Below, piece by piece: positions 10,265-21,559 of a stretch of DNA of 64,000 nucleotides. A model generated the notes under the pieces. That model was not told the origin of the DNA and ran no database searches. It saw nothing but the letters and a program-made list of their open reading frames with translations. How positions within the stretch are numbered: the stretch's first letter is position 1; each line of letters opens with the position of its first letter. The position numbers were made by a program, and so were the translations under genes. The DNA is taken from NCBI RefSeq assembly GCF_003018255.1, contig NZ_CP027440.1, one strand, 5' to 3'. The stretch comes from Escherichia coli. GTDB taxonomy: Bacteria > Pseudomonadota > Gammaproteobacteria > Enterobacterales > Enterobacteriaceae.

Positions 10265-11110
10265 ATGACGCCCATTCTGAATCATTATTTTGCCCGTATT
10301 AACTGGTCGGGAGCTGCTGCGGCCAATATTGATACGCTTCGTGCATTGCACCTGAAACACAATTGCACCATTCCGTTTGAAAACCTCGACGTTTTGCTGC
10401 CGAGGGAAATACAGCTTGATGATCAATCGCTGGAAGAGAAACTGGTGATAGCCCGTCGTGGTGGTTACTGTTTTGAGCAGAATGGCGTGTTTGAGCGGGT
10501 GTTACGCGAGCTGGGGTTTAACGTTCGCAGCTTGTTAGGGCGCGTAGTGTTATCAAATCCGCCAGCATTACCGCCGCGCACCCATCGTTTGCTGTTGGTG
10601 GAACTGGAAGGGGAAAAATGGATTGCTGATGTCGGTTTCGGTGGGCAGACGCTAACCGCGCCGATTCGTTTAATGCCGGATATCATGCAAACCACGCCAC
10701 ACGGAGAGTATCGGTTGTTGCAAGAGGGTGATGATTGGGTGTTGCAGTTTAATCATCATCAGCACTGGCAGTCGATGTACCGTTTTGATCTCTGCGAGCA
10801 GCAACAAAGCGATTATGTGATGGGCAATTTCTGGTCGGCGCACTGGCCGCAGTCGCATTTTCGCCATCATTTGCTGATGTGTCGCCATTTGCCGGACGGT
10901 GGCAAGCTAACGCTGACCAATTTTCATTTTACCCATTATGAAAATGGGCACGCAGTTGAGCAGCGAAATCTACCAGATGTGGCGTCGTTATATGCCGTGA
11001 TGCAGGAACAGTTTGGTCTGGGCGTAGATGATGCGAAACATGGCTTTACTGTGGATGAGTTAGCGCTGGTGATGGCGGCGTTTGATACGCACCCGGAGGC
11101 GGGAAAATAA
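10265..11110 (+). CDS. nhoA: N-hydroxyarylamine O-acetyltransferase (281 aa)
   Basis: MTPILNHYFARINWSG N-terminus and arylamine N-acetyltransferase length. Confidence 0.9.
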   Translation: MTPILNHYFARINWSGAAAANIDTLRALHLKHNCTIPFENLDVLLPREIQLDDQSLEEKLVIARRGGYCFEQNGVFERVLRELGFNVRSLLGRVVLSNPPALPPRTHRLLLVELEGEKWIADVGFGGQTLTAPIRLMPDIMQTTPHGEYRLLQEGDDWVLQFNHHQHWQSMYRFDLCEQQQSDYVMGNFWSAHWPQSHFRHHLLMCRHLPDGGKLTLTNFHFTHYENGHAVEQRNLPDVASLYAVMQEQFGLGVDDAKHGFTVDELALVMAAFDTHPEAGK

Positions 11111-11119
11111 TTTATGTCA

Positions 11120-11200
11120 GGTTGCCGGATGTGGCGTAAACGCCTTATCCGGCCTACATTAGCCCGGTTGTAGACCTGATAAGCGAAGCGCATCAGGCAA
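11120..11200. repeat. two REP (repetitive extragenic palindromic) elements between convergent nhoA and yddE
   Basis: TGCCGGATGTGGCGTAAACGCCTTATCCGGCCTAC and TGTAGACCTGATAAGCGAAGCGCATCAGGCA match the E. coli REP family. Confidence 0.8.
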
Positions 11201-11205
11201 CGGTT

Positions 11206-12099
11206 TCAGAGTTCAATTGCCCATTCGGCATGAAACAAAATCACCGCCACGCCAGAAATGGTGACTTTCTCCGGTTGGTTATCACGAATTGTCACCGTCA
11301 CTTCAATCACGCCGTCACGCCCTAATGCGCGCCCCTGATGGCCTTTAACACGCAACACGTTGCCATCGTGGGGCAATACGTTGTGATGTACTAACCATGC
11401 ACCCATCGGGCCATTGGCATTGCCAGTCACCGGATCTTCCACAATACCAATGGCAGGCGAGAACATACGACCGTCGGTTTCGTTTTTGTCTGGGCGGATC
11501 TGGAACGGGAAGAAACCATTGCAGCCAATCTGTTTGCTGATAGCGGTCAGCGCATTAAGGTCAGGCGAAAGGGCGTCGATATCCACTTCCGGTTTCAGTG
11601 GGATCATCACTTTTGAGTGTCCTGTGGTTGCCACCTGAATTGGCAAGCCTGGCAGAATATCGTCTTCAGTGAGATGAAGCGCGTTGATAATCGCCGCACG
11701 TGTTTCACCTTCCAGCGGTGACTCAAAGCCCGGCGTACCTTGTTCCAGCGAAATACGATAATCATCGTTGTGCTTTTCGATAGTCACGCGATGTTTTCCT
11801 GCCAGCGATGTTTGCCAGACCGTGCAATTTCCTAAACCTAACACCTTTGCACGTACATAGTGCGCAGCTACTGTCGCGTGACCACAAATCGGAACTTCAA
11901 CCGTTGGCGTAAAGTAGCGGATGCGCACATCGCTGTCGTCGCTGTGCAGCAGAAAAGCAGTTTCCGAATGACCTAACTCGCGGGCGATAAGCTGCATTTG
12001 CGCTTCACTGAGATTATCGGCGGGGAAAACAACACCGGCAGAATTGCCGCGAAACGGTTGAGAGGTAAAAGCATCGACGTGGTAAACCTGCGGTTTCAT
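11206..12099 (-). CDS. yddE: PhzF-family isomerase-like protein YddE (297 aa)
   Basis: Full-length ORF; K-12 synteny. Confidence 0.8.
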   Translation of the reverse strand: MKPQVYHVDAFTSQPFRGNSAGVVFPADNLSEAQMQLIARELGHSETAFLLHSDDSDVRIRYFTPTVEVPICGHATVAAHYVRAKVLGLGNCTVWQTSLAGKHRVTIEKHNDDYRISLEQGTPGFESPLEGETRAAIINALHLTEDDILPGLPIQVATTGHSKVMIPLKPEVDIDALSPDLNALTAISKQIGCNGFFPFQIRPDKNETDGRMFSPAIGIVEDPVTGNANGPMGAWLVHHNVLPHDGNVLRVKGHQGRALGRDGVIEVTVTIRDNQPEKVTISGVAVILFHAEWAIEL

Positions 12100-12178
12100 T
12101 AATGTTCTCCTGTGGCTGGAGAACTATCATAGCCTGCAAGTGGCCGGAGAGCGAAGGGCTGTCCGGCCCGCGTGAGAA

Positions 12179-12859
12179 TTAACGCCGCGAACGCACAATC
12201 TGATACCGACGAGTAAAGTACTCAAACGGCGCGCTCCAGACATGCACCAGTCGGGTGAACGGGAAGAGCAGGAAGATGGTCATTCCAAGCACCAGATGAA
12301 CGCGGAATATAAAGGCGACACCATCAAGATGCGTAGATGCACCGCCCTGGAAAGTGACAATGCTTTGCGCCCAGCCCACCAGCTTCATCATTTCACTGCC
12401 GTCCGGATGTTGTGCTGAAAAAGGAATGGTGGTTAACCCAAGAATGCACTGAATTAACAAAATGGCGAGGATCAGGATATCCGCACCAGAAGACGTCGCC
12501 CTGATACGCGGATTTGTTAAACGACGCACCAGTAGCCCCGCACCGCCAATCAGCGTCAATACCCCGCATATTCCGCCGAGGATCATCGCCATCTGCTGTT
12601 TTACCGCCACCGGCAGAAACCACGCGTACATCCAGTGCGGCGTTAACATGCCGAACAGATGACCGAAGAAGATCCCCAGAATGCCGATATGGAACAAGTT
12701 CGACCATAGCACCATCCCGCGTTTATCCAGCATCTGGCTGGAGGCGGCACGCCAGGTATACTGCCCGTAATCGTAGCGCAGCCAGCTTCCAAGGATAAAA
12801 ACCGTGCCACACAAGTACGGGTAGATATCGTAAAAAAAGACGTTCAGATACTGAATCAT
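12179..12859 (-). CDS. narV: nitrate reductase Z gamma subunit (226 aa)
   Basis: Multi-span membrane protein; narZYWV order. Confidence 0.9.
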   Translation of the reverse strand: MIQYLNVFFYDIYPYLCGTVFILGSWLRYDYGQYTWRAASSQMLDKRGMVLWSNLFHIGILGIFFGHLFGMLTPHWMYAWFLPVAVKQQMAMILGGICGVLTLIGGAGLLVRRLTNPRIRATSSGADILILAILLIQCILGLTTIPFSAQHPDGSEMMKLVGWAQSIVTFQGGASTHLDGVAFIFRVHLVLGMTIFLLFPFTRLVHVWSAPFEYFTRRYQIVRSRR

Positions 12860-13551
12860 TTCCCACCTCCCGCACTGATGTCGACATACTGCGGCGCGAC
12901 ATCCTGGCTAAAGCGTCGCTGATATTGATTAAGCGGCGAGCTGTCACACGCCGTGGCGTTATCTTCAATAAACTTCACCTGTTCTTCTTCCCACACCGCA
13001 TCCAGCGCCTGGCGGGTGTCGTCACGCTCTTCACTGCGAATCTGTTTTGTGACACTGTCACTTGATAGAGGGCTTCCTGCCAGTTGCAACAGGGCGTCAA
13101 ATAACGCGTACCACGGTGCCTCGCGTTGTTTTAAGCGTCCGCCAAGCAGGGCGAGGATCGGCGCAACGTTGAGTAATCCTTCTTTCGCCTGATCGTCCGG
13201 AAGTATGCTTAAATACTCCAGATACAGCGGTAGATAATCGGGCAGTTCCCTACAATTCAGTTGCAGACCGACCTTTTCATACTCCGCCAGCAGGTCCACC
13301 ATTGCCTGGCCGCGATCGCGGGACTCGGCATGAACATGTTCAAACAGCAGCAGCGACGTGGTGCGCCCGCGGTCAAACACTTCACACCATTCGGCCTGTT
13401 TATCCAGCAGCGGCGCGTTGAGCAGGTCGAGTGCAAAATCGGTGAGCATCGGTGCGTCGCGGCGGATCAACGCCAGCGCGTCCTCCTTACATTCCCACAA
13501 CAGCTCGTCCGGATACTCCATCAACAGGCCGATCACTTTGAGGATCTGCAT
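12856..13551 (-). CDS. narW: nitrate reductase Z assembly chaperone (231 aa)
   Basis: NarJ-like; 4-bp overlap with narV. Confidence 0.9.
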   Translation of the reverse strand: MQILKVIGLLMEYPDELLWECKEDALALIRRDAPMLTDFALDLLNAPLLDKQAEWCEVFDRGRTTSLLLFEHVHAESRDRGQAMVDLLAEYEKVGLQLNCRELPDYLPLYLEYLSILPDDQAKEGLLNVAPILALLGGRLKQREAPWYALFDALLQLAGSPLSSDSVTKQIRSEERDDTRQALDAVWEEEQVKFIEDNATACDSSPLNQYQRRFSQDVAPQYVDISAGGGK

Positions 13552-15095
13552 TATTCGCCCTCCGCTTTGTCGCGCACTTCGGTGATGTTGATGGCATCGA
13601 TACGGCTACTGTTGAACAGGTTGAATTTGCTGTCCGAGCCGTGGCAACCGTCGCCAAAGGTAAAACCGCAGCCATTGCGTTCTGCGAAGGCATCGCCCGC
13701 CATTTCCCGATGACTGGTTGGAATGACAAAACGGTCTTCATAGTTGGCAATGGCGAGGTAGCGATACATCTCTTCGACCTGGGCGACGCTCAGGCCTACT
13801 TCGTCAATGGCGCGGGTATCGGTAACGCCTTCCACGGTTTGTGAACGCATATAGTGGCGCATCGCCATCATCCGTTTTAGCGCCCGCAGTACCGGACCGG
13901 TATCGCCAGCACTTAACATATTGGCGAGATATTGCACAGGAATACGCAGGCTTTCGATGGCGGGCAGCACGCCTTCGCTTTTCGGCAAGCCGCCCGCATC
14001 AGCGTAGGACTGAATCGGTGACAGCGGAGGAACGTACCAGACCATCGGCAGGGTGCGATATTCAGGGTGCAGCGGTAGCGCCAGTTTCCAGTCCATCGCC
14101 ATTTTGTAGACTGGCGAACGCTGGGCAGCTTCAATCACGTTTTGTGGAATACCTTGTTTCAGGGCTTCTTCGATCACTGAGGGATCGTGCGGATCGAGGA
14201 ACACTTCGCACTGGCGTTCATAGAGGTCAACTTCGCGCTCGGTGCTCGCCGCTTCCTCGATGCGGTCGGCGTCGTAAAGCAGCACGCCCAGATACCGGAT
14301 GCGACCCACGCAGGTTTCTGAGCACACGGTGGGTTGGCCTGACTCAATTCGTGGGTAACAGAAGATGCATTTTTCTGACTTGCCGCTTTTCCAGTTGAAG
14401 TAGATTTTTTTGTACGGACAACCGCTAATGCACAAACGCCAGCCACGGCATTTATCCTGATCGATCAGCACAATGCCGTCTTCTTCGCGTTTGTAGATAG
14501 CGCCGCTTGGGCAGGTCGCCACGCAGCTGGGATTGAGGCAGTGTTCGCACAAGCGCGGTAGGTACATCATGAAGGTGTTTTCAAACTGCCCGTACATCTC
14601 CTTTTGCATGGCCTCGAAGTTGCGGTCACGGGCGCGTTTTTCGAATTCGCCGCCCAACAATTCTTCCCAGTTTGGCCCCCAGATCACTTTGTCCATCCGT
14701 TTGCCGTCAATCAGTGAACGCGGGCGAGCAGTAGGGATATGTTTGCCTTCCGGTGCGCTATGCAAATGTTCGTAGTCGAAGGTGAAAGGTTCGTAGTAAT
14801 CATCAATCTGCGGCACCACCGGGTTGGCGAAGATTTTGGTTATTACGCCCATCTTGCTGCCCAGACGCGGGCGGATCTTGCCATTCACATCACGCACCCA
14901 GCCGCCTTGCCACTCTTCCTGATCTTCCCAGTTTTTCGGATAACCAATGCCCGGTTTGGTTTCGACGTTGTTAAACCATGCGTACTCCATGCCTTCGCGT
15001 CCGGTCCAGACGTTTTTACAGGTCACCGAACAGGTATGGCAGCCGATACATTTATCGAGGTTAAGCACCATGCCGACTTGCGAACGTATTTTCAT
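13551..15095 (-). CDS. narY: nitrate reductase Z beta subunit, Fe-S (514 aa)
   Basis: Several Cys clusters (CIGCHTC, CEHCLNPSCVATCP). Confidence 0.9.
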   Translation of the reverse strand: MKIRSQVGMVLNLDKCIGCHTCSVTCKNVWTGREGMEYAWFNNVETKPGIGYPKNWEDQEEWQGGWVRDVNGKIRPRLGSKMGVITKIFANPVVPQIDDYYEPFTFDYEHLHSAPEGKHIPTARPRSLIDGKRMDKVIWGPNWEELLGGEFEKRARDRNFEAMQKEMYGQFENTFMMYLPRLCEHCLNPSCVATCPSGAIYKREEDGIVLIDQDKCRGWRLCISGCPYKKIYFNWKSGKSEKCIFCYPRIESGQPTVCSETCVGRIRYLGVLLYDADRIEEAASTEREVDLYERQCEVFLDPHDPSVIEEALKQGIPQNVIEAAQRSPVYKMAMDWKLALPLHPEYRTLPMVWYVPPLSPIQSYADAGGLPKSEGVLPAIESLRIPVQYLANMLSAGDTGPVLRALKRMMAMRHYMRSQTVEGVTDTRAIDEVGLSVAQVEEMYRYLAIANYEDRFVIPTSHREMAGDAFAERNGCGFTFGDGCHGSDSKFNLFNSSRIDAINITEVRDKAEGE

Positions 15096-18000
15096 TTTTT
15101 CGCCTCCTGTACCTGATCGCGACCTTCATCATCCAGCCAGTTAACGTTCTTCATCTTGCGGATCATGATGAATTCGTCACGGTTCGAGCCGACGGTGCCG
15201 TAGTAATTAAAGCCCCAGGCCAGCTGCGCGTAACCGCCAATCATATGCGTTGGTTTCGGACAAACGCGGGTGACCGAGTTATGAATGCCGCCGCGCATGC
15301 CAGTTACTTCCGAACCAGGAATATTCATAATGCGTTCCTGGGCGTGATACATCATGGTCATACCCGGCGGTACACGTTGGCTGACCACCGCGCGGGCAGT
15401 CAGCGCGCCGTTGGCGTTAAACACTTCCACCCAGTCGTTATCGACAATGGTCAGTTCACGGGCATCGGTTTCGCTAATCCAGACAATCGGTCCACCGCGA
15501 GAGAGCGTCAGCATTAGCAGGTTTTCACTGTAGGTTGAGTGAATGCCCCATTTCTGATGCGGCGTCAGGAAGTTAAGTGCTTTTTCCGGGAAGCCGTTTG
15601 GCGGTATCTGGCGCATTTCACTGACGCTACGGGTGTCGATAGGCGGGCGATAAGCCACCAGGCTTTCACCAAAAGCACGCATCCACGGATGATCCTGATA
15701 GAGCTGCTGGCGTCCCGACAGCGTGCGCCACGGAATTAACTCATGAACGTTGGTGTACCCCGCGTTATAGGAAACGTGATCGCTTTCCAGACCGGACCAT
15801 GTGGGGCTGGAGATAATTTTACGTGGCTGCGCCTGAATATCGCGAAAGCGAATCTTCTCGTCCTCTTTGTGCAGCGCCAGATGGGTATGTTCGCGTCCGG
15901 TGATCTCGCCCAGCGCCTGCCACGCTTTGACTGCAACATGACCATTGGTTTCCGGTGCAAGAGCCAGAATCACTTCTGATGCGTCAATGGCGGTGTCAAT
16001 CAGCGGACGCCCCTGTGCCGGGCCTTCACGCTTGGTGTAGTTGAGTTTGCCGAGGAAATCGATTTCATCCTGGGTATTCCACGAAATCCCTTTACCGCCG
16101 TTGCCAAGTTTGTCCATCAATGGCCCGAGCGAGGTAAAGCGTTCATAGGTAGCAGGGTAGTCGCGTTCCACCGCTACAATATTCGGCGCGGTTTTACCCG
16201 GGATCAGATCGCATTCGCCTTTGCGCCAGTCGAGCACTTCACACGGCTGGGAGAGTTCTGCCGGAGAGTCATGCAGCAGTGGTTGTAATACCACGTCGGT
16301 TTCTTTGCCAAGATGGCCCACGCACACTTGCGAAAATGCTTTGGCAATACCTTTGTAGATTTCCCAGTCGCTGCGTGATTCCCAGGCCGGATCGACCGCC
16401 GCAGAAAGCGGATGAATAAATGGATGCATATCCGAGGTGTTCATATCGTCTTTTTCATACCAGGTGGCGGTGGGCAGAACGATATCGGAGAACAGGCAGG
16501 TACTGGACATACGGAAGTCGAGCGTCACCAGCAGGTCGAGCTTGCCTTCAATCGCCGCAGTTTGCCACTCGACTTCTTCTGGTTTGATCCCGTCGCTGGC
16601 ACCGAGTTCCTCACCCTGAATCCCACTTTCGGTTCCCAGCAGATACTTCTGCATATACTCGTGACCTTTGCCGGAGGAGCCAAGCAGGTTAGAACGCCAG
16701 ACAAACAAATTACGCGGATGATTGCTGCCCCTATCTGGTTGTTCGCAGGCCATGCGTAAATCGCCCGATTTCAGCGCCTGGGCGGTGAATTCTGTGGGGG
16801 ATAATCCGGCCTTGTCGGCTTCAGCTTTAATCCCGAGCGGGTTACACCCCAGCTGCGGCGCAGAAGGTAGCCAGCCCATACGTTCGGCACGAACGTTGAA
16901 ATCAATCAGATGACCGCTGTACTTACTGGCATCGGCGAGCGGTGAAAGTAACTCCTGAGCAGAGACTTTTTCATAGCGCCATTGACTGGAATGATTGTAG
17001 AAAAACGAGGTGCTGTTCATCTGGCGCGGTGGGCGGTTCCAGTCGAGCGCAAAGGCCAGCGGCAACCAGCCAGTTTGTGGGCGCAGTTTTTCCTGACCGA
17101 CATAGTGTGCCCATCCGCCACCGCTTTGCCCGACACAACCGCAGAAGATCAGCATATTGATCATTCCCCGGTAGTTCATGTCCATGTGGTACCAGTGGTT
17201 AACACCTGCGCCGAGGATAATCATCGAGCGCCCATGCGTTTTATGGGCAGTATCGGCAAATTCACGAGCGATGGTTTCAATATACTGGCGCGGCACACCG
17301 GTAATTTGCTCACCCCAGGCTGGGGTGTACGGTTTGATTTCAGCGTAATCTTTCGCGCTGTTTTCATCTTCCAGCCCGCGATCGAGGCCGTAATTCGCCA
17401 GTACCAAATCATAAACGCTGACCACCGGACAGGTGTTGCCATCGGCTAATGTCAGGTTTTTAACGGGCAATTGGCGCACCAGGACCGGATTGTGTTTTAC
17501 GCTGCGAAAATGCGGATTTTCAATGCCGCCAAAGTAGGGGAAGGCCACGCCTGCAACGGCATCATGTTGACCGAGCAGAGTTAACGACAATTCGGTTTCC
17601 GTACCGGCGGCAATGGATTCCAGATTCCATTTGCCTTTTTCTCCCCAGCGAAAACCAATCGAACCGTTCGGCACCACCAGTTCGCCTGCTGTATTAACTG
17701 CTACGGTTTTCCACTGCGGATTGTTGCTTTCGCCCAGTCCATCTACCAGGTCAGACGCGCGGATCATGCGCCCGGGTACGTAGCTGCCATCGTCGCGAGG
17801 TTCCAGCATTACCAGCATCGGCATGTCGCTGTAGCGGCGGCAGTAGTTGATAAAGTAGTCGCTGGGATTATCGAGATGAAACTCTTTTAAAATCACATGG
17901 CCCATTGCCATCGCCAGGGCGCTATCAGTGCCTTGTTTTGGTGCCAGCCACTGGTCGCACAATTTGGCCACTTCAGAGTAGTCAGGGGTAATTGCGATGG

Positions 18001-18832
18001 TTTTAGTGCCTTTGTAGCGTACTTCGGTAAAGAAATGGGCGTCCGGCGTACGTGTCTGCGGTACGTTAGACCCCCAGGCGATGATGTAACTGGAGTTATA
18101 CCAGTCGGCAGATTCTGGCACGTCGGTTTGCTCACCCCAGGTCATCGGCGAGGCGGGCGGCAGGTCGCAATACCAGTCGTAGAAGCTTAAACAGGTGCCA
18201 CCTAACAGCGACAGATAGCGTGTTCCGGCGGCGTAAGAAACCATCGACATCGCCGGAATCGGCGAGAACCCGGCAACGCGATCCGGGCCGTAAGTTTTGA
18301 TGGTCCAGACGTTAGCGGCGGCAATCAGCTGATTTAGCTCCTGCCAGTTGGAGCGGATAAAGCCACCGCGTCCACGCACTTGTTTATAGCTCAGGCACTT
18401 TTGCGGATCGTTCATAATCGATGCCCACGCCAGTACCGGATCGCTGTGTTGCTTGAGGGCTTCGCGCCACAGTTCAATCAGTCGTTTACGAATGAGCGGG
18501 TATTTCAGGCGGTTAGCGCTGTAGAGATACCAGGAGTAACTTGCGCCACGCGGGCAGCCGCGAGGTTCATGATTTGGCAGGTCAGGGCGAGTGCGCGGGT
18601 AGTCGGTCTGTTGGATTTCCCAGGTCACCAGACCATTTTTAACGTAGATTTTCCAGCTACAGGAGCCTGTACAGTTAACACCGTGGGTGGAACGCACGAT
18701 TTTGTCGAACTGCCAACGCTGGCGATAGCTGTCCTCCCAGTCGCGGTTGCTGTGCATCACCTGTCCGTGACCATCGGCAAAGGTTTCGCCCTTTTGTTTA
18801 AAGTAGCGAAAGCGATCCAAAAGTTTACTCAT
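15092..18832 (-). CDS. narZ: nitrate reductase Z alpha subunit, molybdopterin (1246 aa)
   Basis: Track ORF trimmed to the MSKLLDRFRYF start (ATG at 18830-18832); ATGA overlap with narY. Confidence 0.9.
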   Translation of the reverse strand: MSKLLDRFRYFKQKGETFADGHGQVMHSNRDWEDSYRQRWQFDKIVRSTHGVNCTGSCSWKIYVKNGLVTWEIQQTDYPRTRPDLPNHEPRGCPRGASYSWYLYSANRLKYPLIRKRLIELWREALKQHSDPVLAWASIMNDPQKCLSYKQVRGRGGFIRSNWQELNQLIAAANVWTIKTYGPDRVAGFSPIPAMSMVSYAAGTRYLSLLGGTCLSFYDWYCDLPPASPMTWGEQTDVPESADWYNSSYIIAWGSNVPQTRTPDAHFFTEVRYKGTKTIAITPDYSEVAKLCDQWLAPKQGTDSALAMAMGHVILKEFHLDNPSDYFINYCRRYSDMPMLVMLEPRDDGSYVPGRMIRASDLVDGLGESNNPQWKTVAVNTAGELVVPNGSIGFRWGEKGKWNLESIAAGTETELSLTLLGQHDAVAGVAFPYFGGIENPHFRSVKHNPVLVRQLPVKNLTLADGNTCPVVSVYDLVLANYGLDRGLEDENSAKDYAEIKPYTPAWGEQITGVPRQYIETIAREFADTAHKTHGRSMIILGAGVNHWYHMDMNYRGMINMLIFCGCVGQSGGGWAHYVGQEKLRPQTGWLPLAFALDWNRPPRQMNSTSFFYNHSSQWRYEKVSAQELLSPLADASKYSGHLIDFNVRAERMGWLPSAPQLGCNPLGIKAEADKAGLSPTEFTAQALKSGDLRMACEQPDRGSNHPRNLFVWRSNLLGSSGKGHEYMQKYLLGTESGIQGEELGASDGIKPEEVEWQTAAIEGKLDLLVTLDFRMSSTCLFSDIVLPTATWYEKDDMNTSDMHPFIHPLSAAVDPAWESRSDWEIYKGIAKAFSQVCVGHLGKETDVVLQPLLHDSPAELSQPCEVLDWRKGECDLIPGKTAPNIVAVERDYPATYERFTSLGPLMDKLGNGGKGISWNTQDEIDFLGKLNYTKREGPAQGRPLIDTAIDASEVILALAPETNGHVAVKAWQALGEITGREHTHLALHKEDEKIRFRDIQAQPRKIISSPTWSGLESDHVSYNAGYTNVHELIPWRTLSGRQQLYQDHPWMRAFGESLVAYRPPIDTRSVSEMRQIPPNGFPEKALNFLTPHQKWGIHSTYSENLLMLTLSRGGPIVWISETDARELTIVDNDWVEVFNANGALTARAVVSQRVPPGMTMMYHAQERIMNIPGSEVTGMRGGIHNSVTRVCPKPTHMIGGYAQLAWGFNYYGTVGSNRDEFIMIRKMKNVNWLDDEGRDQVQEAKK

Positions 18833-18861
18833 GACATAACTCCTGCTCCAGGAATGAATTG

Positions 18862-18923
18862 GGATCTGATGCCTTGTCGGATGCGACACGGTTGTAGCCT
18901 GATAAGACGTGTCAGGCATCGAT
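18862..18923. repeat. REP-like palindromic element between narU and narZ
   Basis: CGGATGCGACACGG ... GCCTGATAAGACGTGTCAGGCATC resembles REP units. Confidence 0.5.
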
Positions 18924-18926
18924 CTC

Positions 18927-20315
18927 TTATTTTTGGCTGAACTTCCGCCGACCATAAACCAGCCAGGTCAGTAGCACACAAACGATGTAGAAGATTAAAA
19001 ACACTTTCATCGCGCCCACCGGAGAGCCGGTCATATTGAGCGACATGCCAAACGCCTGCGGAATAAAAAAGCCGCCCACTGCGCCAATGGCTGAGATAAA
19101 GCCCAGAGCGGCTGCCGTTTCGGTGATGGCTTCTCTTTGAGCTTGCTCATCACTACCGCCTTTCATCTTCACCCGATAAATTGTTATCTGGCGAAAGATG
19201 ACGGCGATCATCTGGAAAGTAGAACCACTTCCCAGACCCGCGGTCAGAAACAGCCCCATAAATACGGCGTAAAATGCGATGAAATTACCGGAGCCTGTGC
19301 CCGGTAAGGTAAGGAACAGCAGGGCGCTGAAAATCGCCATAAAAATGAAGTTGATCAACGTCACCCGCACGCCGCCGAATTTATCGGAAATAGCACCACC
19401 AACCGATCGCGCGATGGCACCGATAAATGGGCCAAAGAACGCCAGGCGCAGAATATTCACATCCGGGAACTGGGTTTTTGCCAGCATGGCAAAACCCGCA
19501 GAAAAACCGATAAACGAACCGAAGGTGGCAAGGTAAAGCAGGCTCAGCAGCCAGAGATGCAGGCGTTGTAAGACAGGGAGCTGGTCGGCAATTGAGGCGC
19601 GTGAACTGGCGATATCATTCATCCCTGACCAGGCGGCGATCGTGGCAATCGCCAGTAATGGCACCCAAATCCATGCGGCATTCGCCAGCGACATCACCGA
19701 ACCGTCGGCCTGCGGTACGCCATTGACGCCGAGAAAGGCAAATACGGGGACAAAAATGACCAGCGGTGCAACCAGCTGCATCACACTTACACCTAAGTTT
19801 CCTAATCCGCCATTAATCCCAAGAGCGCTCCCTTGTTTGGCTTTTGGAAAGAAGAAACTGATATTGCCCATGCTCGAAGCAAAGTTCGCACCTGCAAAAC
19901 CGCATAGCAAAGCGATAACGATAAATATCCCAAAAGGAGTATTCGGATTCTGCACGGCAATTCCGAGCCAGACGCAAGGAATAATCAGGATTGCAGTACT
20001 AAAAACCGTCCATCGGCGTCCACCGAATATAGGCACCATAAAGGAGTAGGGGACACGCAATAATGCGCCAGAAACGGAGGGTAATGCGGTTAATAAAAAG
20101 AGTTGATCGGTAGTGAAATTAAAACCGATTTTATTGAGATTAACAGTAACTGCGCTAAATAGCATCCAGACACAGAAGGCAAGAAGTAGGCAACTGACTG
20201 ATATCCAGAGGTTTCTTCGTGCAATATGCTTTCCTTTATTTTCCCAGAAGGCCGGATTTTCTGGTTTCCAGTCGCGTAAAAGATAACGACTATTTTTCTC
20301 ATTTTGCAGTGCCAT
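18927..20315 (-). CDS. narU: nitrate/nitrite transporter NarU (462 aa, MFS)
   Basis: Start set at MALQNEKNSRYLL within the track ORF. Confidence 0.85.
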   Translation of the reverse strand: MALQNEKNSRYLLRDWKPENPAFWENKGKHIARRNLWISVSCLLLAFCVWMLFSAVTVNLNKIGFNFTTDQLFLLTALPSVSGALLRVPYSFMVPIFGGRRWTVFSTAILIIPCVWLGIAVQNPNTPFGIFIVIALLCGFAGANFASSMGNISFFFPKAKQGSALGINGGLGNLGVSVMQLVAPLVIFVPVFAFLGVNGVPQADGSVMSLANAAWIWVPLLAIATIAAWSGMNDIASSRASIADQLPVLQRLHLWLLSLLYLATFGSFIGFSAGFAMLAKTQFPDVNILRLAFFGPFIGAIARSVGGAISDKFGGVRVTLINFIFMAIFSALLFLTLPGTGSGNFIAFYAVFMGLFLTAGLGSGSTFQMIAVIFRQITIYRVKMKGGSDEQAQREAITETAAALGFISAIGAVGGFFIPQAFGMSLNMTGSPVGAMKVFLIFYIVCVLLTWLVYGRRKFSQK

Positions 20316-20587
20316 ATTGTTCCTCACATGCACACATTGGTAATGAAAAAAAGACAAAACAGGAGGTAAGGCGCAATAGCCAGTTATTAGAATTAAGGAT
20401 GAATCAGGTGAAGTGCTGATTAGAAGAATAGATAAGAAAGCGTAACTGCGGGGGCAGAATGTGGATTAAACAGACAGATATGTGTTACTAAATGTAACTA
20501 AAATGGCTTTCTGGTATTTGAAATTTATTTTTTAATATTGTCAGAATTTATCTGATTAACTGCCGGGCCGTAGACCCGACAATTATT

Positions 20588-21469
20588 TTAGCCACGACGT
20601 GTCGCCAGCCAGCAGAGCAGGGAACCGCCGCAGACCATTAGCGCGCCTTGCCAGAACGAGAACGACAGCGGGGCGCTGAGCAGCACGGCTGCAAGCGCTG
20701 AGGAAAGGACGGGCGTAAAATACGAACCTACCGCCATAATGGTGACGTTGCCATGTAATATACCGACGTTCCATGCAGCATAAGCAAATCCTAAGGTAAA
20801 TGCCGCAGAGATGAGTTTAATCATGACTGGCGTGCTAAATACCATTTCTGGTTGTGGCGTGAGAAAATAGTAAACCCACAGACTTGCTCCCGTTAGCAGG
20901 ACAAAAACGGTAATTCCGTTAAATCCGCGTGCGTATTTATTCGTTACTGTGCAGTAGGCTGCCCAGATAAACGCACCAATAAACGACAGGAAATAACTCA
21001 ATGGGCTGGTGGTGATATTATTGATGATTTCATCATAATGTAACCCATTGTCACCACCTAACACCCAGCAGACGCCGACCAGGGCTAATAATAATCCTGG
21101 TACAATCAGCCAGTTGGTTTTCTGACCATTAAACAGAATGGCAAAGAGAATTGTCAGGCTGGGCCATAGATAGTTCACCATCCCCACTTCAATCGCCTGA
21201 TGACGGGTCGCCGCATACCCTAAGGAAAGCGCCAGACAGATTTCATAGCTGACGAATAACAGACTCCCGGCGAGTAAATAGCCTTTCGGGATCTGCCGAA
21301 TACGCGGAAATCCAACCGTGAAGATTAACAGCAGCCCGCTTAATGAATAGATAGCAGCTGCGCCGCCGACCGGGCCGAGCCCCTCACTGACACCGCGAAT
21401 CAATCCTACCATCGTGCTCCACAGGACGATCGCTATTAGCCCTATGAGCGTTGCTTTTTGTCGTGTCAT
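20588..21469 (-). CDS. yddG: aromatic amino acid exporter YddG (293 aa, DMT family)
   Basis: 10-TM-type hydrophobic protein; K-12 synteny. Confidence 0.85.
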   Translation of the reverse strand: MTRQKATLIGLIAIVLWSTMVGLIRGVSEGLGPVGGAAAIYSLSGLLLIFTVGFPRIRQIPKGYLLAGSLLFVSYEICLALSLGYAATRHQAIEVGMVNYLWPSLTILFAILFNGQKTNWLIVPGLLLALVGVCWVLGGDNGLHYDEIINNITTSPLSYFLSFIGAFIWAAYCTVTNKYARGFNGITVFVLLTGASLWVYYFLTPQPEMVFSTPVMIKLISAAFTLGFAYAAWNVGILHGNVTIMAVGSYFTPVLSSALAAVLLSAPLSFSFWQGALMVCGGSLLCWLATRRG

Positions 21470-21559
21470 GCTCGCTGTTTTGTCTCTCTTGCCGTTAAAA
21501 ATTAAGCTGAATTTTATAGCATTTTTTTAACTGGCCTGTCAGGCAGTGGTGCGTTTTTC

